Source of the DNA: Oopsacas minuta
Taxonomy: Eukaryota; Animalia; Porifera
Assembly (NCBI GenBank): GCA_024704765.1
Contig: JAKMXF010000059.1
Span: forward strand, 1-43,595
Reading direction: 5' to 3'
DNA: 43,595 bases
Shown here: positions 1 through 13,193 of the stretch, in pieces
Layout: every line of letters begins with the position of its first letter
Position numbering within the stretch: the stretch's first letter is position 1
Notes under the pieces: model-generated
Seen by the model: only the letters and a program-made list of their open reading frames with translations
What the model was told of the DNA's origin: nothing
The model's database searches: none
Made by a program: the position numbers and the translations under genes

Positions 1-625
1 TGGGTCCATAGGCGGAGGGTTTCTGTGCAATATTTGCACACTTTGTGAGGGCTCCATGACTTATCCTGATCGCCTAATTTAATACCAAAGTAAGCCTGAT
101 AAGCTATTTTGGTGACATCTCTAATATTAAAACGATGTTCCTTTGCCATATATTCACCACAAATATAGCAAAAGACATCAGGATCATTGAGGCAACAACA
201 TCTAATGCGTTTTGAATCAATAAAATGTTCTATGTTGTGAATAAATAGTTGTAAATGTTGATATAAACATACAAACCGAAAATATTTGTAGTATTACCTT
301 CAAATTTAAGGTTGTGTAATATCTAGAAAACTAGAGCCAATTCAGCAAAACTAATAGTATTTTCGGATACAACAACCCCGATATACCCTAAAAACACTCC
401 AACAATCTGAGCCAAGAGATAGAAATATTTTTTGTTGACCTGTGTAATCTCTGTCTGGTGCTAAATAATTATCCTCTGGAACTCGGATAAGAAGTTCCGG
501 GAAACAAAAATCAGTAGGTACGTACTAGTCGAAAGTAAGACTTATCCGAATAGGAATTGTTGTTATATTGAACGGGAACTAATTCTTTGGTTCTCAAGAA
601 ATAGAATTAACGAAGTTACGTCTTA

Positions 626-1925
626 TAGGGTGTCTAATAAGTTCTGTTATATATCAATTCCCCAATTATTTCAAATTTATTCATTGTAAAGCCATGAAAC
701 CTTCTATTTTCTTAGGACTTATGTTCCTAATTACACATTACAAATATCATTCAATATAGCTTCCCTTTTTATGAATTACAGAAGTTAGTCTGCCCCGAAA
801 CTGATGGACAGCTTTTCGCAGCTCCTCCTATGGGATTTTCTGCCATTCACTCAACAAACTAACTTTGAGGGACTCCGAACTCTTGTGAGATTTCGCACAG
901 GCCCTGCACTCCAAGTTTGCCCAAACAGAATAGTCGAGTGGTTTAAATCTGGGCTTGATGGTGGCCATTCATCCTTACTTATGAAATTGATATTTTGCTC
1001 TCGGAACCAACTCTGGGTTACTTTTGAAGCATGTGCAGGCGCAGTCTTGTTGGTAAGTCCAAGGATGGTTTAGAAAGAGCTTCTCACCAGCAGACACAAT
1101 TTCAGGCTCCAAGATCAGCTCTCTGTGGGTCTAAGAGTTTATTTTAATTCCTTAGGGGCAAAAATCAGGTTTGTCCGTGAGTTTGCTGACACTCCCTCCC
1201 ATACCATCAGAGAAAGAGGCTTCTGGACTCTATCAATGTACTCGATGCTATCTGGGATATCCTGACTTCGAGAAGCAAGTATATGGTCGTTTTGACGATT
1301 GCTTGCCTCCTCAACCGTGAACAGCTTCTTATCTGAGAAGAGAATCTGATGTTCATACCAGGAGCGAATCGGGCTTTTAGTTGTATACATCTTTCGAGTC
1401 GCTTACGACATATGAAGTCGTTAAGATGGTGTACGTTTTCCTCTTATAGCACTTCATTCCTTGGTCCTCTATAACCAATTTCCGCAACGTTTCGTGATTG
1501 CCACAGAATTCACGAGACAGTCTTGCATTGAACGCCGGGGATTTCTCAGGTTCGACATCTAACACTATTCTTCTGGGCTGGTGTGCGAGCGGAACTTGGA
1601 CGACCAATTCGTTTCCTGTCAGACGCACTCCCAGTCTCTATATATCATTTTATTGTGCGATAGATCAACATGGGATTGACTTTATCATTTTTTAGCCATT
1701 TAGAATTTCACTGTTGCTAAACCCAGATTCGTGAAAAGTGACAATTTTTGAACGAATTTTTCTAACATGATTTTCTGGAAATCATCAACTTGAATGATGT
1801 ATACTTGGCATAATTCGAAAGAGCACCAAAAATGCAACAAGAAAATCCAGAAGATTACTTCATAAGTATATTAATAGCTACTGTCTAAGGCGCGAAAATG
1901 TATAACAGAACTTATTGACACCCTG
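626..1925 (-). mobile_element. Tc1/mariner-superfamily maT (DD37D) element, 1.3 kb, decayed transposase
   Basis: Imperfect TIRs: TAGGGTGTCTAATAAGTTCTGTTATA from 626 and, reverse-complemented, CAGGGTGTCAATAAGTTCTGTTATA ending at 1925. TA flanks at 624-625 and 1926-1927. Minus-strand fragments read TLRKLVIEDQGMKCYKRK, ILFSDKKLFTVEEASNRQNDHI, YQQD.APAH (D at 1046-1044) and WPPSSPDLN.LDYS (D at 935-933). The D-to-D gap is 108 nt plus 3 nt of inferred deletions, i.e. 37 codons. Confidence 0.88.
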
Positions 1926-4900
1926 TATACAGTTCTGTTTTTACTTTGTTTATTCACGCAGTATACTCCATGCTTAAATTCCAAGGCAGCAATACTGACA
2001 GTTAAGTTAGCACAGTGATGAACGGACGTGGTTTTCTTGAAGCTACCAGTGTATATCTGCTATGTCTGCTCGAAAATTTCAAATCTTTCAGGAAAATATT
2101 CACTATACTATAACGAATACTGTAAATCCTATTCTTGGTATTTGATTGCTATTAGTATATTCAATGGCATTGTAAAAGATGAGTTATATACATATACAAA
2201 CAATAATGTGTCCTATTCAAATCATATAATATCTTCAAATATATTCCTACGCTACCTGGGTTGTTTCAGGCTTGTACAGTAGCAACAATAGCTATCCGCT
2301 ACACATGGGACACAATTACGTCACAGGTAGCAACAGGAATGTAACTGGTGCATCTTACATTAATGAGGTGGAGCACAAGCAATTTCAGGTGGGGCACAGG
2401 CCCCACCCTTATGCCGCCTCTGGATTTGCATAAACTTTATTACCTATGGGATTATCAGTATCAGCTATAGAAGCAGTGGTTCTATCCTAAATGACTTGGC
2501 TGGGTCTATTGTAGTATATATGAACTATTTCATTAGATATCACAAATTCTTAGAATCACACTACTATAACCTGAAGGGATGCTAGCTTTTCTTCTGTATT
2601 TCTCAGATAAATATTCTACTCATTGGAACTAAAGATTTTTGATATGAAATCTCTGAAGATTATAACGCAATTTTAACAATACCGTATATGGTATTATTGA
2701 TGACAGCGCAAAATTCTTCGGACTTATCATATCAAAATGTATTATCAGGATGTGGGAAGGCGGATATATACTCTACGTGTTTGGTTATAGCAAAAATACG
2801 CAACCCTCAATCCCTACTATAACTCTGAAACAAGCAAACTTAGGCATGAAGAATTTGTTATATTTTGGGCGGCAATGTCCTAAGAAAATATTGTATAAAT
2901 TTTGAAACTATAAGTGCATTAATTAACATATTAAAGACTTTTCATTTTAGAGCATTTCTTTGACATAATTGGTATGTAAGGAAGCAGATGACTTCATTTT
3001 ATCCTGGATTTATTTTTACTTTTTTGTTTTGCAAACCAGTATATCTTATGATAAATAAATTAGTGTTAAAAATAAATTTTGATTTTATACCGAATATTGA
3101 TTCCTTCAATCAGGCCCGATGCTATTTTTAGTGACCACCCCTGCTTTTTTGTATAGAGTGCTATGGTACGTTATGGGAACATAGTTCGCATGCTATCGAA
3201 CGAGTTCAGTACTAGATCAATACTTGAATACCCTACTACCTGATATCTCCAATTGTAAACTCTAGTTGACTTGTTTATTCAAATACTACAATGTTAAATG
3301 AATCACAGTGATAAATTGAAATTAAATCTTTATTATAATTAATCTAAATTTTAATTGCTTTAATTTTAGTAAAAACTAAATAATGCATGGAATTCCGAAA
3401 GAAATTGTTTAAGTCAAAGGACGGAGTAGTATATAATTCATTATGTTAAAGGTCCTGCGACTATGATACATTTTATGTGGATAAAATTTTACTATAATAC
3501 ATTTTGCACAAATCACCACCGATTATGATCAGGGCACTTTTAGCTAAATAGGTGGGTAAACTCCAGTCAGTCGAAGTCTTTGCTTGGCAGCCACAAATTA
3601 ACAGAAACTTGTTAATTTGGATATATGTTGCTCAGCCACTCCAACTCTCATAAGTTTTTACAGACAGGTAAAATATTCTATACTATAAAATATTTATGGC
3701 GATCGATGTGTATACCAATTATGCTTGTATGACTATGTCCAGAATTGAATGAAGAAAGTTCCCTCAAGGCTGTTTCTTATCTTATAGCGGGAAACAACTG
3801 GCCTGGAGCGGACAAGTTTGAGTATTGATACCTATGACGTAATTATGACCTAATTATCACTTTTATGGATTTTCGAAAACTCACATTATTGCTACTTCTC
3901 AGAAAATTTAAATGATGGTAGTTAAATTTTAATCACAGGTATCGCTCAATAAGCCATATCGACTGAAGTAATCACTTTGACCAAATGTAAATTCATTATG
4001 GATATATCCCATAATAATGACTGTGAAAATAATCAATCTTTATTATTTCTAATTACCGATGCACGAAGTCCCAAGATTATTAACCAATATCACAGAAACA
4101 GTTCCAGTATCACCACAAATGGCCATTTAATGTAATTTGTAAGGATTATGGATAACACAAATCTACATTCACGCTATATTTAAACTCGAGGAATGTTGTG
4201 CCGAGTATATTCCGTCGATATTTAGCTATATCCTCCTTCAGCTAAATCTATGCCGCCCAAGCTGTGGTCAGTCAACTAGCAAGTGAAGCGAGCTAGTGTA
4301 GTATAAATCTGAGAAAGTATTCTCGTGAGCTTTCTACACTTGCTAAGCAAAATTAAAACAGCACTTGTTTTCTAGCAAGTGTCGGGTTCCATTCTGGCAA
4401 CGCAAACGTATTATAGGATATTTCGATTACAAGCCTATCAATGATTGTCCCCAGATCCTCCAATCGGATCCTAGTAATAAGTGAGCAAAGAGGAATTGAC
4501 CACAAAGTGTGCGGACATTTGAGATCTAGTCATATAACATTATGTATCTCAAGATTATTTTGTTCCTAGTAACATACACAATAGATAAGACAGGGGATTT
4601 GAAAATTGAATGGCCCACAAGTGGAAAATATGAAAATCACAGTAACAAATCCCCACCATTGAACTATAAGGTAAGGACTAGGGGAAAATGGGGATTACCA
4701 TTCATAATTGCATTACCTGGAAAATACAAACAACAAAGCCGAGCATTAAGTGCTTCTTTGAGGGCGCTATTGCTCTGGGCTCCCGAGTTGAATTGAGAAC
4801 CGTGCTCCCACCTACGCTCCTTACCCAAAAAAAGAGCTCACTAGGCCAGTCCAAGAAATGGAGCGCGCTCCTTTCATTCTTTCAGAATTATATTAGATTT

Positions 4901-5959
4901 GTAACTTAAGTTATCAGGATTGAATTCTCCCATTCTATATACGGGATATTACTAAATCGGCACCATCAAACCATTTCAATGAATTGTGATTTATATAAAA
5001 TTCTCCCAGCATCCAATATTTATAGCAAGAATACTAATTTGATGCAGAATTACAATGAAATTTGTAAATTGCTTATAGTTAAAAAGAAGCGCGCTCCTTC
5101 AAAAATGGAGCCCCACTCTACCTTCGGCCATGCCCTCTCTGGTAAACTCGTGCACTAAAGCATGCTACGGACTCTTGGGTTAAACTTCAAGGTGGAAATT
5201 CCGGCACACTTTGCCTGCAAATTACCACAATATTTTGTAACCTCACCCAAAAATCAGAGATAAAGCTTACATTGATCCACTGACCTAAGAAATAATTCCA
5301 GTGTAGGAAATGCAGTGTCATCCTGAGGCCTTAGTGGCGTTTCGGGCCGATAACCCTTCCATTTTGAAGGCGTATCGGCCGATACACCTTTAGTTGTAGA
5401 ATTGACCATCCAAGTTATAATATCAAAGATTATCATACGATTTCCGGTCGATGGCTCCATTGATCCAATTTTTGATAACTTCTAGTTGTTAGTTCTAATA
5501 TTTTACTATAAATGCATAAAATATGCAAGGGTGATCAACCGAATACGGCCAGGAAAATGTGTCATTTTATGACATCAAAAGGTGGTGCTGAAATCTCTAT
5601 TTGGGTGCGGGAATTGGTTAAAACGCAGTGGTAAATTAACGTGTTCTTTTGTTACGGATGTAACACTTCTGCCGTAATCGGTTATGTTGTAGCAATTATA
5701 GCTTTTTGTCCAAGGGCTGCGCCCCGACACTAGTAGAAGACATACAACACTGTAGACGCCCAGCTGCAGTGGCGTCGTGTATGTGACTGGAGGCCCCCCG
5801 TTAATCTCCGAGCTCCACATCATATCTCATGAAGACAAGAAAAACAACTTTCTGTGTCAATTGCTGCTTAAACGTTATTTCTTTCAATTGTTTCTCTCCT
5901 GGACCTTTACTGATCATTTACAGCGCCCATATACTTTGAAATCCTCTGGCGGATAACAT

Positions 5960-7260
5960 CTAGAAATTGTTAACAGCCAGATAAAATTTGTAACCCCTAT
6001 TTATCAAAGCCACATAAGGCCACTGCGGCCCCAGCTGGATGGTTATACCCAACTTCAAATTTATGAATCTGCCACAGGGCACGCTTCTACTAAACCTGTA
6101 ACAACATCTTGTGCATAGTCCTGCCCCCTGGTAACTTAGTGCCTCCTTGAGCATTTCGAAATTATGAATAATACCTACCCAGGTGCTTAGGTATCATTCA
6201 GAATTTCGTCGGCTAGCTAAATTTCCTGACAGTTGACAGCACTGTATAGATAAATCTCCGAACGTCGCTCATCAGACGCTCCTGTGCCAGAACAACGTTA
6301 ACAATGTGACACATGGGCTACTGCCCCAGGCCCCTTCGACTTTTGGACGACTCTAATTAAAATCTGGCCTAGTACGATGTATGTATATTTCCCATAGAGT
6401 TTGGCTCTAAGTTCATTCTTAAAACACATCCTTGAAAAATTTGACAATAGTTGCAGTGCAAATGTCAGCAACTACATAAAAGCTAATTAATCAATATGGA
6501 ACTCCAAGGCTTGCTTCCAATGCAGCAAAGGCAGATGACTAGCTACTCCTTATTGGAGGCATCCGTACCCTCATCGCACATGATGAAGGAGAAACTAGAT
6601 TCTTAGATGGATCGCGAATGCCCTGCAGCACTGACAGCTTTCAGAAGCTAGTTCTGTATATTAAGCGAAATGTTTTGTTAGTCTTCTCTTTGATCCACTT
6701 AGCAGGACGAGGATCGACCCTTCCACACAAGCATATTTAGTTGACTTAAGTTCGAGTTCATATCATCATCTCCATGTAGCGGTAACCTTTGCCTGGCAAA
6801 AACGAATTGGAAATAATCATCAGATGACAATCGTCGTTTTTTTCTTTTGCAGTGAATGCAGGGATTACAGCAATTTCATAACATCAGGGCAAGAACGAGG
6901 TAGAATAATTGACATCTGAAACGCTTCCTTGTGCAATTCGGATGACGCATGCTTTTGAAAGCGATCGTTGCGTCTTTACAATACCGAAATCCTTCCTGGT
7001 GAACGATGGGTCAGCTCTCTTGGTATTTATTTTCTTCGCTTGTAGCGACTTCACATACAAGTGGGTGAAAACAATATCCTTCTCAAACATAGGTTAACCA
7101 AGACCAAATTTTGAAATATTATGATTGAGAGGTTCTCATCTTTGGATTGACCTTCCCTAATTCACTCTTTGGGAAGGGGGATGAAGGGTCAGGACGGAAC
7201 GCCTTGTCTGGAAAGTCTGGAAAGCTCCCATCTGCGGAAAGTGAAGAGAAATCCATTTAT
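5960..7260 (-). pseudogene. ZMYM1-type hAT transposase remnant; boundaries approximate
   Basis: Frame-broken minus-strand motifs occur in the expected order: PDPSSPFPKSELGK (~7150-7230), KGF.YCKDATIAF TTF-finger-like segment (~6930-7000), FSFIMCDEGTDASNKE*LVICL catalytic-D segment (~6520-6600), and a CxxH/LNLV-like segment (~6290-6330). Confidence 0.62.
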
Positions 7261-9893
7261 TCTAACATCAACTTAGCAAGTACTTATTGAAAGAAATATC
7301 ATAAGATAGAATGTAGTATTCCAAAAATAGTGACAAATGAAATGCAAACTTTCGAATATAGTTTTATACAGTGGCTTAAAATGGGAGTTAGTAAAAGAAT
7401 GGGTACTTTCATTTGAAAGAGACATATATGATGTATTATCAGTATATAGGTTATGATATGCTAAGGATCATTTGATGCATTCAAAATTTTCAAAAGGTTA
7501 CTTTATATCATGTTCTGACGTCATAGATTTATGCTGAATTTTGTTTTAACAATGTTACCCCTATAAATTGTATTACTTGGGTATAGTATTTTATATCCAT
7601 GGAAGCTATTACAACTGTTAGAATTTCAAAATTACTTATGATATTCATAAAATGACGTCATAAACAATTTTTTCATAAGATTGCTTTTGTACTTCATACT
7701 TCTAAATGCGTTTTTAGAATTTATTTATATCTTTTTGCTATTATATATATCAATTCTAACAATTTCTGTACAAAAACAATAAGTGCTTATATTAAACGAT
7801 GTTTTATTTTGTATTATTTATTTGCTAACATTCAGCAAACTAAGTTGGTACAATATCGTATCAATAATAAGGTCCTTGACGCTACTATCAATAGATGATT
7901 CTAATAAATCTGTTGCATTGTCTCTACAGCACTTAGCTCTTCGGGTATGACCGTGTTCTTCGCACTTTTCACATACCACTGTCGACCGATATTTCATTAA
8001 CACAAGATCGCATTCAGATGAAAGTCTGACAAATATATTCACGACATTATCCTCGAAGTTTTCCTTGCTAGATTTTCTCTATATTTCTGAATAATTTGTT
8101 GCAGGCTTCTGATCCTTCTTCGCTAAAGCATTTCAATCCATACCCAAATTTCATCTCTCTCAGTATTTCTTCAGAATGGGCTAGTAATTTATGTAAAGTC
8201 GGTGTAATGTTCACCCACAGGAAGGATTGAAGAATAAAGAGATAGGTGTCTGAATTCATGATTCTCAGAATGACAGATAATTTTTGTGCAATTTACAAAG
8301 GGAGTCCCTATGATCAATCTTAACCAGAGACATTGCGCATTCAATAAACTTGGAAATGTTTGCAAAAGCTCTTTCAGCCACACCACAAGTGGAAGTAGTG
8401 CCTCCTTTTGGATCTGGTTGGCCAATACTTAGACCTGTTACGTCTTGAATTATGGTTCGCACATCCGTCATATAGTCTTTAATTTCTTTTGATGATGGTG
8501 ACTACGTGAGTTTATTACAATTCAGTGGTACACAAGTAAATTAAACCATCTAAAAATGCACGTATGGAAAAGTAAGGGAGAAGCATGTAGAATATCTATT
8601 GTTGATAATGGTCAGTCAGTCTGGTTAAATCTTTGATTAGTTGGTAATGAAAAGAAAACATCCATTTCTTCCAGTTCTCCAAATAATTGAATGGTGTCTG
8701 AAATGTTTCTATTGATGAGATAGCCTTGCAAAATTAAATCAACGATCTTTTAGTTCTTTCTGTGTTGCAGTACATAGTTGGCAACTTGCACCTCCAGCAC
8801 CTTAGAGAATTCTTGCCATTTTACCATCAAGTATTGATCAGGCAATATCGACAAATATATATTTATCATCAGCAAAATAGAACCTTGGTTCTTCATTTGA
8901 TCTGTTTCGGATTGATGTTATCTTTCATAAATTGACGAAAATTGCCATGATTATCTGTGGCAGCAAGAAGGAAGATCGGACGTTGGGAGAATGGAGAAAT
9001 CGGGCAGTTGTTTTTCCAAAGTTCCTTTCTACTAGAATATACAATGTGTACTGTTTTAAAGCAAAATAGGATGAACGATTTGGTAAACGTATTCGTATTT
9101 GGTTGATTATATATGGTAGGCTATCCAGATTCGTCTAAACCATCAGCAATCTGAAATCGGAGAGGAAAATCCTCATTTGAAGGGGACAGTAGAGTGGGCA
9201 TAAATCTACTAAATTCATGGTAGACAAATTGAGCGTATGGTACACACACACTAACTGGGGCAGTAGGATTCGAGAATTGTTGAATCATACTTCGTAGTAC
9301 TAAATTATTTCTATGATCGGCCACTCTCTGATATGTAAGAAAGTGAATTTCATTAGATAACAAATGTTGTCGTGGTAGATTATAGTTCCTCTTGCCAATC
9401 TCTGGTAGATCCAAAAGAAATAATGCCTTGTCCACATCTAATTCTTTGGTTTTGGATGCACGCCCGAATTGAGCAGATAATTTTCCTTGCACAATTGATT
9501 TCGATACCCTTACTACTTATCGATTGTCTCCTTCATTGCATAACAATTGCAAAGTAAGAACTGCAATTGAATTTTAGAAATGTTGTCGATTACCGAGATG
9601 GACCTGATAGACTCAAGGGCACCAGAGATGCAGGAACGCTGATATTGCTATGAAAGATTGATAAGTTCTTTCTTTTGGCGCACCGACTTAGTTTTTTGGG
9701 GGCTTGTAAAGCTATAAATAATTCTGGGGAACTTTCCGAATGCCACCAATCTCCATACAAAGATACAAGTGAATTCTTTGAAGTTCTAATAATATCTCGT
9801 ATTCCACGTATAATCAATTCAAGTTTAGCTTGCTTGGCATGGTCTAATCCATGTAGATCGCTATGATAACAGAGAGTTGTTTGGACGCAATTG

Positions 9894-12800
9894 CACAGTG
9901 GCACACCCCCTGGAAATTGGTCAAAATTTCAATCCGATATTTAGTAACCATTTAAAGTTCATTGGAAAGAGAAATATCCAATTACTTGAAAAGTCTAAAA
10001 TTGTTGTGATCCATCATTTAGTTTAGGAACAACTGGAATGTATATAAGCATTACAATTTCTTGCTCAGAAATTATTCCTGAAAACCACAGATATTCATTC
10101 ATATCAATGAACTTAAATTCCAGTATCTAAGCAACTAATGCATTCCAAAGACTTCATTCCATTGCATTTTCGACTACTCTCTTATTATTGTGATAATATA
10201 AGCGGAGTCAAATAATAAATCCTTACAATAGTTCAAATATTTTGATAATTTTTCTGGTTAGATATTTCTGTCGTCACTCAACTTCGAAGTCTCATAACTT
10301 CATCTGTTGCGTTCTGTCAAGTTGTCCCCTGAGTTTTATAGCATAGCATTTTTCATTCTCTTTAAAATATAACAATTTCCAGGTTCCCGAAAATTCGCGC
10401 AAAAATAGTTTCAATCACATAAACTTTTGAATTTGTCTAATATTTTAAATAATTCTCTTTTCAAAATTTCATATAAATATTATGGTTGCTTAGCGATATA
10501 ATCAAAACGTAAAGTTATTTACAATTTTATGTTTGTGTTACAAAATTCAGCTTGTAATTAATATAAATAATTGTTCTCATCACGTATTTTTACAAAGATT
10601 CCATTAAAAAATCATCACTCTTCTACTGTGAGAAAAGTTTCGTCAAAAGTCCCTTAATTCTTAGATTTCAGAATGTATTTTATAAGCTTATAGACAAACA
10701 TGCATATATGTAAACTCTTACTTTTTGCCCTGTAATTACAATATTGTTAATAAATAATAGATTAATTATCTAGAAAATGAATAACCTTCAAGCTTTTCAG
10801 TTTTATTGTGAGCATAAATTACTTAGCACTCGTTCAATCGCAGACCAATTTATTTCAACTCATGGTTTTGATCGAGATCAGCAAAATTTCCTTCGTCTGA
10901 AGTTCAATGATATTCATAAAGAGAGAGCCTCTTTCATAAATATTCGGACCTTGATACTTGGAATTCCATGTGCTTCTGTCCTCTGCCAAAGAAGTTTAAG
11001 TTAAGTGCCTCTTCTTCATTAGCCACTAACTCTGAAGAAGACTTTTTCTATCAAAAAAGAAATCGTTCGCTGACTTAACGACCAAAGGTTGAGAAATCTG
11101 CTCTCTTCTCTTAAGTCTCACCTCGAATCAGTCGCTGAAAACGAGTATGTATCTCCAAAGACAATACTTTGTTGTAATGAAGAGCAGGACATGAATAGTG
11201 CCAATGTTTGTAAAGAGATACTCGAGAAGGGAAACTCATCTCCTATCTATCCACAATTATCACTTGATAAATCTGCCTTTCTTTTCGATTCACTTGAGAT
11301 CGGTAAATAAAGTATTTAGAACTTCGGCGTACCTTACTATCTGAAGATCTCAAGTTACCAGGCTACAATAGTGTAGCTAAACATCGGGCTCAAATTAATT
11401 TGCTGGATGAGGTGCGTATAATTCATAGAGAATTTCCATGTGGAGTAGGTATTTCTTACACCAGACTACTCACCCAACAGTTGAACGAATTGTATCTAAC
11501 TTAAGTCCTGATAACCTTGCCTATGAGCTTCAAGTTCGACTATCCGATGGCTTAGATGGATCTGGGTGTCATCGAGTTTACCAGCAAGCTATATCTAACC
11601 CTGACCTCTCGACTAAAACTTTCATTTGATTTGGTTTCAAAGTTAACTCAATCATAATGCAAATGATCATATCCTATGGAAACCTTATCATCCTAATTCG
11701 CCATTTTGCACTCGACCAGTTGCCCTCTTAGGCCTTCCAGAAAATGAAGAGAGAGTCAACTTTTTGATGGACTCATCAATAAATAACGAAACTTCAATTA
11801 TTGAAGAGACTGGCTTGTGTTTACACAATGGCAATGCAGAGGTCCAGATCATAAGATCTCATTTCGATACAAAGATGGCAAAAATCTTAAGCGATGCTGG
11901 TGGTGCTAATTGTCAAATGTGTACTGCAACGTTGCAATAGATACACGATGCTAGCATAGTTCAAAATGGCTTCCCATAAATAGGACTATCCGTGATGCAT
12001 GTGATGTATTTGATGAGGTTGATGAGGAAGAACTTTTATCTTTGCCAACAAATCAAAGATTCAATTTAACACACAATCCGATCTCAGAAAAAGATATCAT
12101 GTCAGCTACCCTCTACATGCATATTTGAATACATTTAGTTGGTTCCTATTATTGATTTGCCATTTACAGTGTGGTGCTATTCAAAAATGGTCACCAACTT
12201 CCCCAATAATTCTTGGATCAATAATTTATTACTAGCCTTATTGAAGAAAAACTTAGTATATCAATTGACACACCATAAGTTCAAGGCGAACCACCACATT
12301 CGGAAATGTTGTCCAGAGATGCTTCACACGTAGCAATGATGTTGTGCAAGATTTTCCCTATTGCATATTGACGGTTGTTCCTCAAGAGACACATCAAGTT
12401 GTCACTACAATCTTTAATAATTTGAGTGCTATCCTGAGATTGTACAATAGCAACAGGAAAGTGGACACTGAAGGCCTTGATAATGTATGCCGAGAGACTT
12501 ATGAATCTATTTTAATCAATTTTTCATGAGCACATGTAACCTCTACTCTACATAAACTTCTAGCCCGTGGACTACAAATAGTTGCAAATCATAATGATGG
12601 GTTTGGCTTAGAAGATTTGTCTGAAGAATGCTTTGAATTTTGTAATAAATTGGCCAGGCGATACCGTGAGAGACTCTCAAGAACATTTTGCTTTGAGGAC
12701 AACGTTTAAGACGTGTCCGTCAGGATTATTATTCAAAGTGATCCAATATTAGCGTCATTTCGTAACATTATCAAAAACGATTCGGAGCCAGATCTATCTG

Positions 12801-13193
12801 AGATAAAGAGCTGTCAAGATATTTTGATGAATTCTCTAATCATAAATACGTTATAGTTTGTAGTTCAATGAACGGTAGGTCATTTTAACAAGAAATATGG
12901 TTTCATAAGTTGATAAAAATGTACACTAAATAGTGTTAATAATATCAAAACATAAAACATCCAATTTCTGAACATATAGCTCACAGATTGGCTCAATTAT
13001 AATCGGTAGAAAAATCAAAATATTTTTGAATGTGACAATGACGTCATTACTTTCACACCCAAAGACTTAGAAAAATTTAGTTACGTCAATTGATTCCTTA
13101 GGTACTATTCCCCATATGTCAATAATATAGTTTATTACGTTATCTAGTACCCTAATACCTACTTCCAGGTTTTAGCCATTTCGTGCCACTGTG
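9894..13193 (+). mobile_element. Inner Transib-type transposon, 3300 bp, RSS-heptamer termini, 5-bp TSD
   Basis: Both ends begin CACAGTGGCAC (9894-9904 on +, 13183-13193 on -). AATTG is duplicated at 9889-9893 and 13194-13198. A 5-bp TSD with CACAGTG ends is established for Transib and RAG-like transposons. Confidence 0.93.
10777..12856 (+). pseudogene. Inner Transib/RAG1-core-like transposase pseudogene
   Basis: SDGLDGSGCHRVYQQ (D at 11555-11557); PNSPFCTRPVALL; SHFDTKMAKIL (D at 11866-11868); CQMC (11911-11922); PLHAYL; LHKLLAR (12551); LSEECFEFCNKLARRYRE (E at 12635-12637); QSDPILASFR. Multiple frameshifts and stops. Confidence 0.9.

Noticed and set aside
2380-2422. hAT-like GC-rich end CAGAGGCGGCATAAGGGTGGGG (minus strand)
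   Set aside because: No partner end, TSD or adjacent transposase was found.
2011-3310. Extra CACAGTG heptamers at 2011 and 3304 as further Transib ends or RSSs
   Set aside because: They are in the same orientation with no partner, TSD or transposase. A few chance 7-mer hits are expected in 43.6 kb.
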